64,000 nt of DNA from a virus. Below, piece by piece: positions 17,003-27,389 of the stretch. The first letter of the stretch is position 1. Every line of letters begins with the position of its first letter. A model generated the notes under the pieces. It ran no database searches and was not told the origin of the DNA. It saw only the letters and a list, made by a program, of their open reading frames with translations. A program made the translations under genes and the position numbers. Where the stretch lies: positions 51,570-115,569 of the IMG/VR virus record IMGVR_UViG_3300011335_000809. One strand, given 5' to 3'.

Positions 17003-17191
17003 TTAATTACTTGAAATGCTCACAACACCGATTCGGTTGCCATTGGTATCCTTAATCGGACGGCGGATTCCAGTATTGTTTTCGCTGTCGATGATGGCGG
17101 CCTTGGCTTGCTGAACCGCCTTGGTGACCTCCATCAGAAAGTTATCTTCGAAAGCGGCGTTGTCGGTATCGAACTCAATTACAATCTTCAT
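17003..17191 (-). CDS. hypothetical protein, paralog of 16747-16956
   Basis: Shared motifs, own promoter repeat. Confidence 0.75.
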   Translation of the reverse strand: MKIVIEFDTDNAAFEDNFLMEVTKAVQQAKAAIIDSENNTGIRRPIKDTNGNRIGVVSISSN

Positions 17192-17251
17192 CGTGTAAAT
17201 AGAATATCAGCTTTTTATCGAAAGTCAACAGCTTTTTTTAACTATCCTCGA

Positions 17252-17587
17252 TTACTTAATCAGCGGGTTGTCGATTTGTTCCAACATATGGCCACCGTCA
17301 ATGTAAGTAAACTCAGCTTCTGTAATCTTATGGATATTATTAACATCAATTGCCTGATTGCGATAACCAACCATTGTACCAGTAAGAGGAACCAGTGACA
17401 CACGGTGCCAACCACCATAACTCATAAGAATGTAAATAGTGCCTAACGTGGGATGACGATAATAATTACCAACCTTATGAGTCCTAACAGGCTTAGCAAT
17501 ACCTGCCTTAATTGCCACATCAATATCAATATTGAATTCAACACCGTTGATATTGACACTAACCGTCTGAGTCTTAATAGCGATCAT
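17252..17587 (-). CDS. hypothetical protein
   Basis: ORF after promoter repeat. Confidence 0.65.
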   Translation of the reverse strand: MIAIKTQTVSVNINGVEFNIDIDVAIKAGIAKPVRTHKVGNYYRHPTLGTIYILMSYGGWHRVSLVPLTGTMVGYRNQAIDVNNIHKITEAEFTYIDGGHMLEQIDNPLIK

Positions 17588-17964
17588 TTGTTTTTTATTT
17601 ATTACGGAGATTAGTCTACAGTATTTTTACAAGAAAGTCAACAACTATTTTTAATTACCCTCGATTACCGAATCGAAGCGACGAAGCTGGGTCCATTGAC
17701 CAAGCGAACAAAGTAGCACTCATTGCGGTCGCTGTTCCAGCCGCTGAAGGTGAAATCCTTGCTGTTGTGGGTCAACACCTTGTTGGTGAGCAGCTTAACA
17801 TCATCCCAGCCGTTCGGCACCTTGAAGGTGAGAAACTCACGGTTGTCACCCGGCATAGCGGAATACTCAACCTGGATCTTGTTGGAGGCGATAGAAGCAA
17901 CGTTCATTGTGTAAATACTATACATCCACCAGGTGAAAACCTCAAGCTTTTTTTAAAACTTTTT

Positions 17965-18027
17965 GCGTTAATGTTAACGTAATCAGCGCACTCTCCGGTC
18001 CCCCACCCTGGCTTTGTCAGCCGATCT
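17965..18027 (-). repeat. Promoter-driven G-rich non-coding repeat, copy A
   Basis: AGATCGGCTGACAAAGCCAGGGTGGGGGACCGG..GATTACGTTAACATTAACGC after TTGACT-N16-TATAGT. Confidence 0.75.
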
Positions 18028-18152
18028 ATAAAGACTATACACTACCCAGTCAGGAAGTCAACACTTAGATGCAAAAAAATTGGGAGGATGTGTTGACCCT
18101 CCCAACCAATCAAAGTGTCTGTATGAGGCCCCTAGGGCGTTCTGGCTACCCT

Positions 18153-18536
18153 TTAGAAGACATCTATTCCGTCCAACGTAGCCTCAGCGCCATCTGGACT
18201 GCGACTGTACATCACATCACTTAGAGCAAACCAGGCACCTTCAGACCGTCGAGGACTGTTAGCAACATTTTGTTCCAATTGATAAACATATTCATCGGTC
18301 ACTAGTTTCCAACCAACGGATTGACACTGAAAATACTTACCATTAACACACACGATGTCATTTACACTCAGTGAACGCTTATTGGATTTGATAAACATTT
18401 CACACTCCATACAACTACCATTGTTCCACTCAGCAAATACACGTTCCAGATTGTCTTCCACTGACATATCATTAGTGGCAACATAAGAATATGTGGCTTC
18501 GTCAGGATAGATAACGTGAATTAGGTTCTTTTTCAT
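18153..18536 (-). CDS. hypothetical protein (YodL-like RSLSV.DIV motif)
   Basis: LERVF...RSLSVNDIV. Confidence 0.6.
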   Translation of the reverse strand: MKKNLIHVIYPDEATYSYVATNDMSVEDNLERVFAEWNNGSCMECEMFIKSNKRSLSVNDIVCVNGKYFQCQSVGWKLVTDEYVYQLEQNVANSPRRSEGAWFALSDVMYSRSPDGAEATLDGIDVF

Positions 18537-18645
18537 TACCCCAATAGAATAAACCCTTGATCGTTCAAAGTCAAGAGTTTTTTGACAAAAAACCAGATAG
18601 AGTACTTTGACCCTATCTGGTTGTTAAATGCTTAACCGTGATACT

Positions 18646-19218
18646 TTAAACCACAATGTACTCAGTAGCAGGCCTTCCTTTACCTTCACCTTTCACACTA
18701 CCATTAACCTTGATACTACCTTCCTTTTCCCACTGTTTGATAATAGGAAACAACACAGGTTGAGTAACACCCAACACACTCATAAGAAACTTAGCTGTAA
18801 ATTTGGTACCCGACTTGAGAGTCATATCTAACTTGATCTTAGTACCAGAGCCACGACGGCCACGATTACGTACACCGGTCTTAGCAGCTTCTTCCTTAGC
18901 ATCAGCACTATCCTTAGCTTTAATCACAAGTTGATCAAATCGTTCCTCTGCCTGACCAATATCACGACAATCAAAAGCAGTCTTACCAAATGCATTAGCG
19001 CCTGGATACTGTTCATACGATTCTTCTACAAACTTACCATTAGGCAACGGAGCTCCCTTAGGCACAACTTTCACAATAAACACTTCGTAGCTACGAGGAG
19101 TGCCATCGGTATTGAATCGTTGATAGATAGCCACGCCATTTTCCTTGCGGATTTGAACGAACTTGTTCATACCGACTTTGTCGTAGTTACCGGTGAATTC
19201 TTTTTGGAGCTTTTTCAT
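18646..19218 (-). CDS. hypothetical protein with C-terminal winged-HTH-like region
   Basis: ORF after promoter repeat; C-terminal G.GRP..EY wing motif. Confidence 0.65.
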   Translation of the reverse strand: MKKLQKEFTGNYDKVGMNKFVQIRKENGVAIYQRFNTDGTPRSYEVFIVKVVPKGAPLPNGKFVEESYEQYPGANAFGKTAFDCRDIGQAEERFDQLVIKAKDSADAKEEAAKTGVRNRGRRGSGTKIKLDMTLKSGTKFTAKFLMSVLGVTQPVLFPIIKQWEKEGSIKVNGSVKGEGKGRPATEYIVV

Positions 19219-19845
19219 TACGAGATACAGTCTACAGGAGTTTTGGTGAAAGTCAACTAAATTTTCAAATTATTCTGAACGCATGTCACGTTGGCTGATG
19301 CTATAAGTCATTTCTTGATATTTGCCTAGATCTTGATTACATACAGAGTCTGTGGATGTATCATAGATAGGCATAAAGTCTGGGTACTTGGCTCTAATTT
19401 CTGTATGAATATCTTCTAGGTTACTTAGTTTGGCACTATATAGAGCTACACTTTCTGCACTTGGAGTAGCTAAAGTATTTACGTAGTGATTTAGTTCTGT
19501 TAGGTACTTAGCATCTTCCAGCTGTTCTACTTGCAATTCAGGATCAATATTATTAGAATTCATATATTATAATATTTTAAATTTAGTTTAAGTCACCCCA
19601 GCTATAATTTGAAAAACTAAACTTATTGCTACTGCGCTTGTAGATCTTACTTGAGTCAATCCGCTTAGTGACTGGCTTAGTTGCGCCCCAGGTCTTACGA
19701 ATCTTAATTTTAACTTTCATATTTTATTTATTATAAATTTATCAGGAAATTTTCAGGAGTCAAGACTTATTTTAGCCGCTTTCAGCGCTAATAACTAGTC
19801 TTTTTATAAAACTACGATATTATTTTAATTTAGAAATATCGAGAG

Positions 19846-20154
19846 TTATTTCCAATTAGACTTAATTTTCTTAGGTTTATGTACTGACAGACTAATGATT
19901 TGGTTATTGCCTTTATTATCAACAAATGTAATTTCATCCTTACTAATAGTAGCTTTATCCAAAGCACCCTCGGTAATATTGATCATTTTAGTACCATAGT
20001 TTTTAACGACTTCAAGAAGAATCACTGAATTATTCGGATTACCAGTGATAGTTTCGTCGTAATAAAAATTACAAACGCCGCAATATTTTTGGGAATAGAT
20101 TTCTGAAGCAGTAGCAATAGCTTCAAGCAAATAATCAACCTTTTTTGTATTCAT
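19846..20154 (-). CDS. hypothetical protein
   Basis: ORF after promoter repeat. Confidence 0.7.
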   Translation of the reverse strand: MNTKKVDYLLEAIATASEIYSQKYCGVCNFYYDETITGNPNNSVILLEVVKNYGTKMINITEGALDKATISKDEITFVDNKGNNQIISLSVHKPKKIKSNWK

Positions 20155-20200
20155 CGTGGATATATCCTACAGGATTTTTAGAGAAAGTCAACAGCTTTTT

Positions 20201-20419
20201 TCAGAAAAGTTGACCGGAGAATCGTTTAACGTTTTTATCAATCACTGTAATATTACCACGGGTAATGCTAATATTAACAGTTAATAGTTGTTCCATTTTA
20301 CCAAAATTACAAACAGTTTCAATATCAAGAATTTCATAGATATGAGACCAAAGTTCATTGCCGAAGCGGTACATACAGCTGCCTCGGATATTGTCCCCAA
20401 CACTGTAGTTCGTTGTCAT
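20201..20419 (-). CDS. hypothetical protein, paralog of 23447-23653
   Basis: VGD...YRFG..W...YE.L..E....FGK..QLLTV...SGQLF shared. Confidence 0.7.
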   Translation of the reverse strand: MTTNYSVGDNIRGSCMYRFGNELWSHIYEILDIETVCNFGKMEQLLTVNISITRGNITVIDKNVKRFSGQLF

Positions 20420-20537
20420 CGTGAAAATACTATACCCTACCCCCACCCTAAAGTCAACCGAAATTTTAAAAAAAGTGAAAAAACAAGTTTTCAGGATCTC
20501 ACTCACATTACCTTTGTGGTATAGCGATGTGTTCCCT

Positions 20538-20602
20538 ATAAGCAATTGGGAGTTGAACCCAATCTCCAGTATTACCAGCGCATTGACCGAATGCTTTGCC
20601 TA
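20538..20602 (-). ncRNA. tRNA-like RNA with truncated anticodon arm
   Basis: TAGGCAA/TTGCTTA acceptor, GCAT/ATGC D arm, 3-nt loop arm, TTGGG-TTCAACT-CCCAA. Confidence 0.6.
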
Positions 20603-21389
20603 CGTGTCTATCTGTTACTTGTTATTGAATAACACATAGAGGATTTGAACCTCTCATTCACCACTGGTGATCAGTTCAGTTTAGAATGACCGCCTGTATA
20701 TATTATTCGAAAATTGGTGGACATTATCGTAGCCCATACGTCGGATTTATACCGAAGCATTTCCTTTTACAGTCGTGCATACTATTGATAACCAAGCAAA
20801 AAATCTTTAAATAATGTTTCCGTTTGCTTCTACTATTTTATAGGCGCCAGCAACGCTGTTATCATATTTATTTGATTTTATTGTCAAGATAGCTATTCTC
20901 TATGCTTGATTAAAAGAACTAAAAAATTGTTTTGTTAGCTTCGATGTCCGCATATAACTGCCTGTATTATACCCCTACTGGTCGATTACTGACGGTAACA
21001 TCAGCATCATTCTTCATCTACTCATATAATACCATCTATAACTAACAAATTGTAGAATTGGGAAACACTGATTAAACTTCCACGCCTCCCGGCTTTCACC
21101 GATCACAGGTAGCACGTTCCTTGTTTCCCAACTCTGTAAATATCTTATCAGACTTTTCTGACTTGTAAAGAACTTTTTCTAAAAATCTTTAAGATTGAGA
21201 GCGTGGATTCTCTTACCACTACTTAGGGCGGATTCCGCTTCCGTTCGGACTTCAACCGACTCTCTCTCAACCTTGAAACTAGTCTATCCTACCACCCACC
21301 AAAAGTCAAGCCCTACCTCAAACTTTTTTCAACTTTTCCTAACTTTTTATTTCCTAACGAACTATTTATTTATTGACAAGAGAATACTT

Positions 21390-22148
21390 ATGACTAATAC
21401 TGAAATATTAAACGAATACTTTATATGGGAAGAAAACAACTCAATAGAACCAAAGATGAAATCCGAGAACAAAACAGAATCAGAGCAAAAAGATTCTATG
21501 ACAAACATAAAGATAGTGAACGAGCCAGAAAATTGGCGGACTATCACAGATCCAAAGTTGAGAAAGAAAATGAAGGAAAAATCGTGGAGGACAAAAAATA
21601 AAGATAGAGCAAATTTGCTAGCAAGAAATTGGGTAACCCGTAATAAAGATAAAGTAAAAATGCAACAAAAAATCTGGCGAGAACAGAATCGTGATCGTCT
21701 TAAAGATTATCATAAAGATTACCAAAAAAATTATAGAAGAAAAAAACAATCAAGAAAACCATCAACTCCTGAAAGTAGACAAAAGAGAAATATTCATATA
21801 AATAATTGTAAAAAGAATGATCCCAACTTTAAATTACAAGGATCTTTGAGAAGTAGGCTTAGAAACGCATTAAAAGGTAATTACAAATCAGGTAGTGCTG
21901 TGCGAGATTTAGGGTGTTCTATAGAATCTTTTAAAGCTTATTTAGAAAGTAAATTTCAGACTGGTATGACTTGGGATAACCACGGACAATATGGTTGGCA
22001 CATTGATCACATCAAGCCATTATCATCATTTGATTTGACTGATAGAAAACAATTGTTGGAGGCTTGTCATTACACAAACCTCCAACCACTTTGGGCAGCT
22101 GATAATTTATCTAAATATAATAAAAGTATCACCGATACAATTGTTTAA
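21390..22148 (+). CDS. HNH homing endonuclease
   Basis: GWHIDHIKPL..FDL..CHYTNLQPLWA.DNLSK. Confidence 0.88.
   Translation: MTNTEILNEYFIWEENNSIEPKMKSENKTESEQKDSMTNIKIVNEPENWRTITDPKLRKKMKEKSWRTKNKDRANLLARNWVTRNKDKVKMQQKIWREQNRDRLKDYHKDYQKNYRRKKQSRKPSTPESRQKRNIHINNCKKNDPNFKLQGSLRSRLRNALKGNYKSGSAVRDLGCSIESFKAYLESKFQTGMTWDNHGQYGWHIDHIKPLSSFDLTDRKQLLEACHYTNLQPLWAADNLSKYNKSITDTIV
21425..21601 (+). CDS. Overlapping small basic protein MGRKQLNRTK...
   Basis: 58-aa ORF homologous to three other copies overlapping endonuclease 5' ends. Confidence 0.6.
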   Translation: MGRKQLNRTKDEIREQNRIRAKRFYDKHKDSERARKLADYHRSKVEKENEGKIVEDKK

Positions 22149-23446
22149 ACAATACTAAAAAATTATCCAGATTTCATTGTTGTCAGCAGGCCTGGTTCTC
22201 CATTTCCTCAGCGGCATCACCAGTCGCCCCATGCTCGGCCCATTGATTGACTGGCACTCTCTGAGTTAGCTGTCAGTTGATAGGTTGCCAGTCGTATTCC
22301 TTCCGGTCCCATCAACTGAAAATACTTTACCATCACCCCACCCGAAAGTCAACCCTTTTTCTTGATTTTCACGCTGCAAATTTCGGTTTTCCAAGTCATT
22401 GCTTCAATGGCGAAGGTCAAAATTTGATCTTCGGTCAAGCCAGCTTCAGCTTGAAATTCAACGTAAAAGTCAGGGTGATCAAGTTGAACTTCGTAAGTAA
22501 CAATTTCGTTTTTCATTGTGAATATATCCTACACTATTTCTTTGGGGAAGTCAACAACTTTTACAGAGAAAAAATGCTTTTACCCAAGAAAAAAGATAGG
22601 TCACGACCTTGCAATTTATTAGAGATTTGACGAAGTTGATTTTCGTCTCGCTGAAAGTTTTTAGCATCTTCCAACCGATTTTCCCGATAAGCTTGAGACT
22701 TTTGGTTTTTGATCCAACGAATTTGTTCAGAAACTTGATTGAATGATTTCTTTTCTTGTTCGTTCATCGTGGATATATCCTACACCAAGCCTCAGCAGAA
22801 GTCAACAGCTTTTTTCAAAAAGCCGTGATTTTGATTCCCATTGCGGAAAGCTCTATTGCAGCTTTTGCTCTACGCTTCTCATCATCAATCAACTCTTTAA
22901 CCGACTTGTTAACAATCTTGTCGTTAACGATTTTGTGGATACGAGCGTCATACTTGTCATACTTGAGCTTCATCGTGGATATATACTACACCAGAGATTG
23001 ATGGAAGTCAACAGCTTTTTTCAAAATTTTCCAATCCGTTCGTCTTTTTCCAAGCCGCTCGTCTTTTTCCTTGATGAACATTTCAGCCAGTTTGGAAGCA
23101 TTACCACGATCCTTTTTAATCGCATTGCGTTGTCTATAACTCAAACGACTCCAAGTTTTCTTGCCAATATGGCCTGTTGTTCTTTCACCAATATATTTCA
23201 TCGTGGGTATATTTAGTTATTCTTCAACAATGATATAATGAAACTTTCTAGCTTCATTCATCAAACAACAATAACATCTATGAACACACCAATTTGGAAT
23301 ATAATGCATATCAACATCAGTATCACCACAATTAGGACATTCATCATTCCAACTATCTTCAATCGTCAACTCTTCGTTATCGTTAGTGAAAATCTTCATC
23401 GTGGATATATCCTACACCAGAGCTTGAGGAAAGTCAACAGCTTTTT

Positions 23447-23653
23447 TTAGAAAAGTTGACCACTCCAACGCCTCACCTTGTGATCAACCACAAAACCATT
23501 GGTTGTAGTGATCTTGACGGTCAGCAGTTGATCCGGCTTACCAAAACGATTGGCGTTCTCAATGGCTAACACCTCATAAACATTCATCCAAGTATCACCG
23601 CCAAACCGATAAACATCCTTACCCATCACCATATCGCCAACTTTGAAATTCAT
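23447..23653 (-). CDS. hypothetical protein, paralog of 20201-20419
   Basis: Shared motifs. Confidence 0.7.
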   Translation of the reverse strand: MNFKVGDMVMGKDVYRFGGDTWMNVYEVLAIENANRFGKPDQLLTVKITTTNGFVVDHKVRRWSGQLF

Positions 23654-25388
23654 TGTGGATATATCCTACACCAGAGCTTGAGGAAAGTCAACAGCTTTTT
23701 TCAAGAAATTTTGAGGGTTTTAGAGGCTCACCCACAACCTTTTCATCAATTAATAGTGTACAATGTACGTAGTATGAAAGAACCAATACATTGTCAAACA
23801 TTACCAAACATTACATTTAAAAGAGAGTGTCACAATAAGTGTAACAAAAAATGTTGTCACGATGTTCCACTAATTAATTCTTATCTTTATTCAGAATATT
23901 AACATTATGAGTCTTAAACAAATAACTGCAAATCATATACAATCCAAACAACTGCCAATAGCCAATAGGCTTAAAACCATACATTTCAGGCAATATACTA
24001 TTATACACCCACATAATAATACCATTACCAACAAATACTCCAATCACATATCCAATCAACTTATAAATCGGGTTAGTCATATATTTTATATTAATTACCC
24101 ACAAAATCAATCACATCCGCATTATCAACAAGACATTCATCATTTAGTAAATGAAATTCCCGAACACTTTCAGTAAAATCACTTTCACTAACAATAAACT
24201 CCTCACCATTGATAATAATCACCGTCCGTCGAATAACAGATTCAATATTCATATTATTATTTATTTACAGAACCTCGTAGTTGTAACCACTAACACACCA
24301 TCCAGTTGTATCACTAATAGCATCAGCAATCTCTGACTCAATATCAATAATACCATCAACCTCCACAATCATCTCACTCGGTAAATCCGAATTAAGCACA
24401 AACGTAGTGCTATCATCATCAATATCAGTATCGTAAACAATGTCGGTAACTTTGATTTTCATCGTGGGTAATACTTTATCAGCTTTTTACAAAATGTCAA
24501 CAACTATTTTTGATTAGTCAAGTTCTTCAACATCAAATTGATGTAACATCAACCTCAAAACTACCCTCAATGTATTCACCATCCATAGGTAATGGCATAT
24601 CACCACCACCATCCTCCACTTCCTTCACTGCCTCCTCCAAACTATTAGCCTCAACATCAACATAACCATACATCTGCCACACAACACCAATCTTGTAAGT
24701 TTTCATCGTGGGTAATACTATATCAGCTTTTTAGAAAAAGTCAACAACTATTTTTAGTTACTCACCGTGATCATATCCAAGCTGAGCATTTCGGTACTTA
24801 TCCAAAACCTCCTTGGTAGGCGGCTTGTATCCAGCCACACTACGGCCACACATCAACATCATATCAATAGTAGCAGATATCTTAATACCACTATCACGAA
24901 GCGCCTGTACATACACAGCCTCCAATAACTTACCCTGCTTGCTTCCAACCTTAACCTCAGCCTCACCAAGTACCTTCAACAACCGTTCCTGTAGAGTTTC
25001 AAATGTAATAGCCATATGTTTTATTTACGAGATTAGTCTACCAGCTTTTTTCAAAATGTCAACAACTATTTTTAATTACTTAACCGACTCGGTTACCCAG
25101 TTTTTACATTCAGACTTGGTACCTGTAAATACAGGAGTTTGATAAGAAGGACTTCCAACTGATTCATAAACCGTGTACGTTGAAAGCATATTGACTTTGG
25201 TATTAGCCCACTTTGTGTTCTGGTTTATCCATTCTCCAGAGTAGCCTCGGTCCTGTTCAATGTGAAAACGTCGTTCTGTATTCATCGTGGAAATATCCTA
25301 CCAGCTTTTTTCAAAATGTCAAGCCCCAACCAAACTTTTTTCAACTTTTTCTAATGTTTTATATTCTAATGTACTATTTATTAATGTT

Positions 25389-25553
25389 ATGGGTAGAAAG
25401 AAATTAAATAGAACAAAAGAAGAACTAGATGAACTCAATAGAATCAGACTCCGAAGATATTACGAAAAACATCGTGATGAAGTCAAACAAAAAAACCTCA
25501 AACGATACTTTGAATCCAAAGAGCGGAATCTACAAGATAGTAAACAAAGTTGA
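25389..25553 (+). CDS. Overlapping small basic protein MGRKKLNRTK...
   Basis: 54 aa, directly after TATTTATT motif. Confidence 0.65.
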   Translation: MGRKKLNRTKEELDELNRIRLRRYYEKHRDEVKQKNLKRYFESKERNLQDSKQS

Positions 25554-26220
25554 CGGCAAATATTATGTGGGTAGTTCTAAAAATATTATTAAAAGATGGA
25601 GTACTCATACAAATAAATTAATTAGAGGAGTTCACAAAAACCAAAAATTGCAATCTGCGTGGAACAAACATAAAGAGTCATCGTTTGATTTTTTAATCGT
25701 AGAAGAAACAATACAGAGTCAGTTGTTAACTAATGAACAGAAATATTTAGACATTGCTAAATCAGAACAAGATAAATGTTATAATCTAATATTTGATTCT
25801 ACTGGAGGAAATCTTGAACCTGATTCAATTGAAAAGATACGTCAAAAAGCAATCGGAAGAAAACCATCGGTTGAAACTAGAGATAAAATGTCAAAGAAAA
25901 GGCATTCGGAAGAAAACAAAAAACATCTACGAGATATTAATTTAGGAGAAAATAATCATTTCTATGGTAAAACCCACACCACAGAAACTAAAAGTAGAAT
26001 TGGTACATTAGCAAAATCAAGATATATTATACCGGAGAAAAATCCAAATTATGATCATAAATTATACCATTTCATCAACGATATAACCAATGAATCATTT
26101 AACGGATCCAGATATGATTTCTGTGAAAAGTTTAATCTAAACAGAACTACTATATCTGATTTAATATATGGTAGAAGTGTAAAAACAAGATCTGGTTGGA
26201 GATTAGACACCCATCAGTGA
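25429..26220 (+). CDS. GIY-YIG homing endonuclease with NUMOD3 repeats
   Basis: SGIYKI.N...K.YVGSS..I.KRW..H; NHFYGKTHT.ETK. Confidence 0.9.
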   Translation: MNSIESDSEDITKNIVMKSNKKTSNDTLNPKSGIYKIVNKVDGKYYVGSSKNIIKRWSTHTNKLIRGVHKNQKLQSAWNKHKESSFDFLIVEETIQSQLLTNEQKYLDIAKSEQDKCYNLIFDSTGGNLEPDSIEKIRQKAIGRKPSVETRDKMSKKRHSEENKKHLRDINLGENNHFYGKTHTTETKSRIGTLAKSRYIIPEKNPNYDHKLYHFINDITNESFNGSRYDFCEKFNLNRTTISDLIYGRSVKTRSGWRLDTHQ

Positions 26221-26511
26221 ATCCAACTTCCAATATTCAACTTCCTTTTCAGGAGGAGACCAAAACAAGTCTCTCTCAATCTTCATTTGAAATGGGCCAC
26301 GAATTGATTCCATCTCTTCAATAGTAGCAATAGAACCGTGTTCAACACATCCCATTCCAAGATCCGCCCATCCAATAATGATATTATTCTCAATTCCCGT
26401 CACAAGCCACGTAGCTTTGCCCCACGGAGTGAACAGCTTGCAAATCGGGGTTTCGTTGTCATAACCAGCCTTGGTCAACGTCTTCTTGAGTTCAGCAGTC
26501 AGTAGCTTCAT
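26203..26511 (-). CDS. DUF2958-like protein
   Basis: KLFTPWG.ATW...G.ADLGMG..E.G....E....RGP..IERDL. Confidence 0.75.
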   Translation of the reverse strand: MKLLTAELKKTLTKAGYDNETPICKLFTPWGKATWLVTGIENNIIIGWADLGMGCVEHGSIATIEEMESIRGPFQMKIERDLFWSPPEKEVEYWKLDSLMGV

Positions 26512-26845
26512 CGTTCAAATAGAATACCACAGCCAACCACAAAGTCAACACCTTTTTTTTAATTACTGAGGCTTTTCAGGAAAATTGATGTCGGTAATCC
26601 AACCAAGGCTGCAAATACCTAAAATGAACATAGCATCCCCAACCAACGTGCCATTGAACACCAATGCCGACCCAAACATCAAAATTGATGGGGTAAACAC
26701 CTTAACAAGAGCTGCGGTAACCAAAATCCAATACTTGAGTTTATTCATCCCCACCATCCTACCATACCCCAGCCAAATGTCAAGCCCCCAATCTTTTTCG
26801 CACTTTTAGCTTGTGGTCTGCGCCAGGCCTGGTACAGTATACACA

Positions 26846-26911
26846 AGATCGGCTAACAGCCAGGGTAGGGGACCAAACCCTACCCAAATTGCGTTATAAC
26901 GTTAGCGTTAC
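26846..26911 (+). repeat. G-rich non-coding repeat, copy B
   Basis: AGATCGGCTAACAGCCAGGGTAGGGGACC..GCGTTATAACGTTAGCGTTAC. Confidence 0.7.
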
Positions 26912-27389
26912 AGAATCGATTATAGGCGATCTTGATTTCCCAAGCCATATCTACGCTGCAGCCTCTCAATCAAACCATCACCTAGCAGCCTTTCTGCGCA
27001 ACCAAAGAGGCTGGAAGATTGCTCCTCCAGCCTCAATACAATGAACAACCAACCAATCGTTTTTGTTGTTGTGGATGTAGATGTACGATAACACCTACGA
27101 AGATCAAATCATATGTTGCAACGGATGATACTCAACTTGCTTACGTACATATGTACACTTAGTCAAATCAACCGGTTCAATCACATACATCTTGTTGTCA
27201 AATCGCACCAAACAATAATTGTATCGATACAATGCACTATCATTAAACAACAACGATCCAAACATATCCTTGATCGTAGATACATCAGGTACATCAAATA
27301 CCTGACGCAAATGATCAAAACTTTGTCGAACACGATCCACACTGGATGGATACTTTACTGCGAGTACTTTAGTCATATATTTTATATAA

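Noticed and set aside
22740-23700. CRISPR-like array of ~50-bp repeats
   Set aside because: Repeats are promoters with -35/-10 boxes and the spacers are whole 150-250 bp genes; no cas genes
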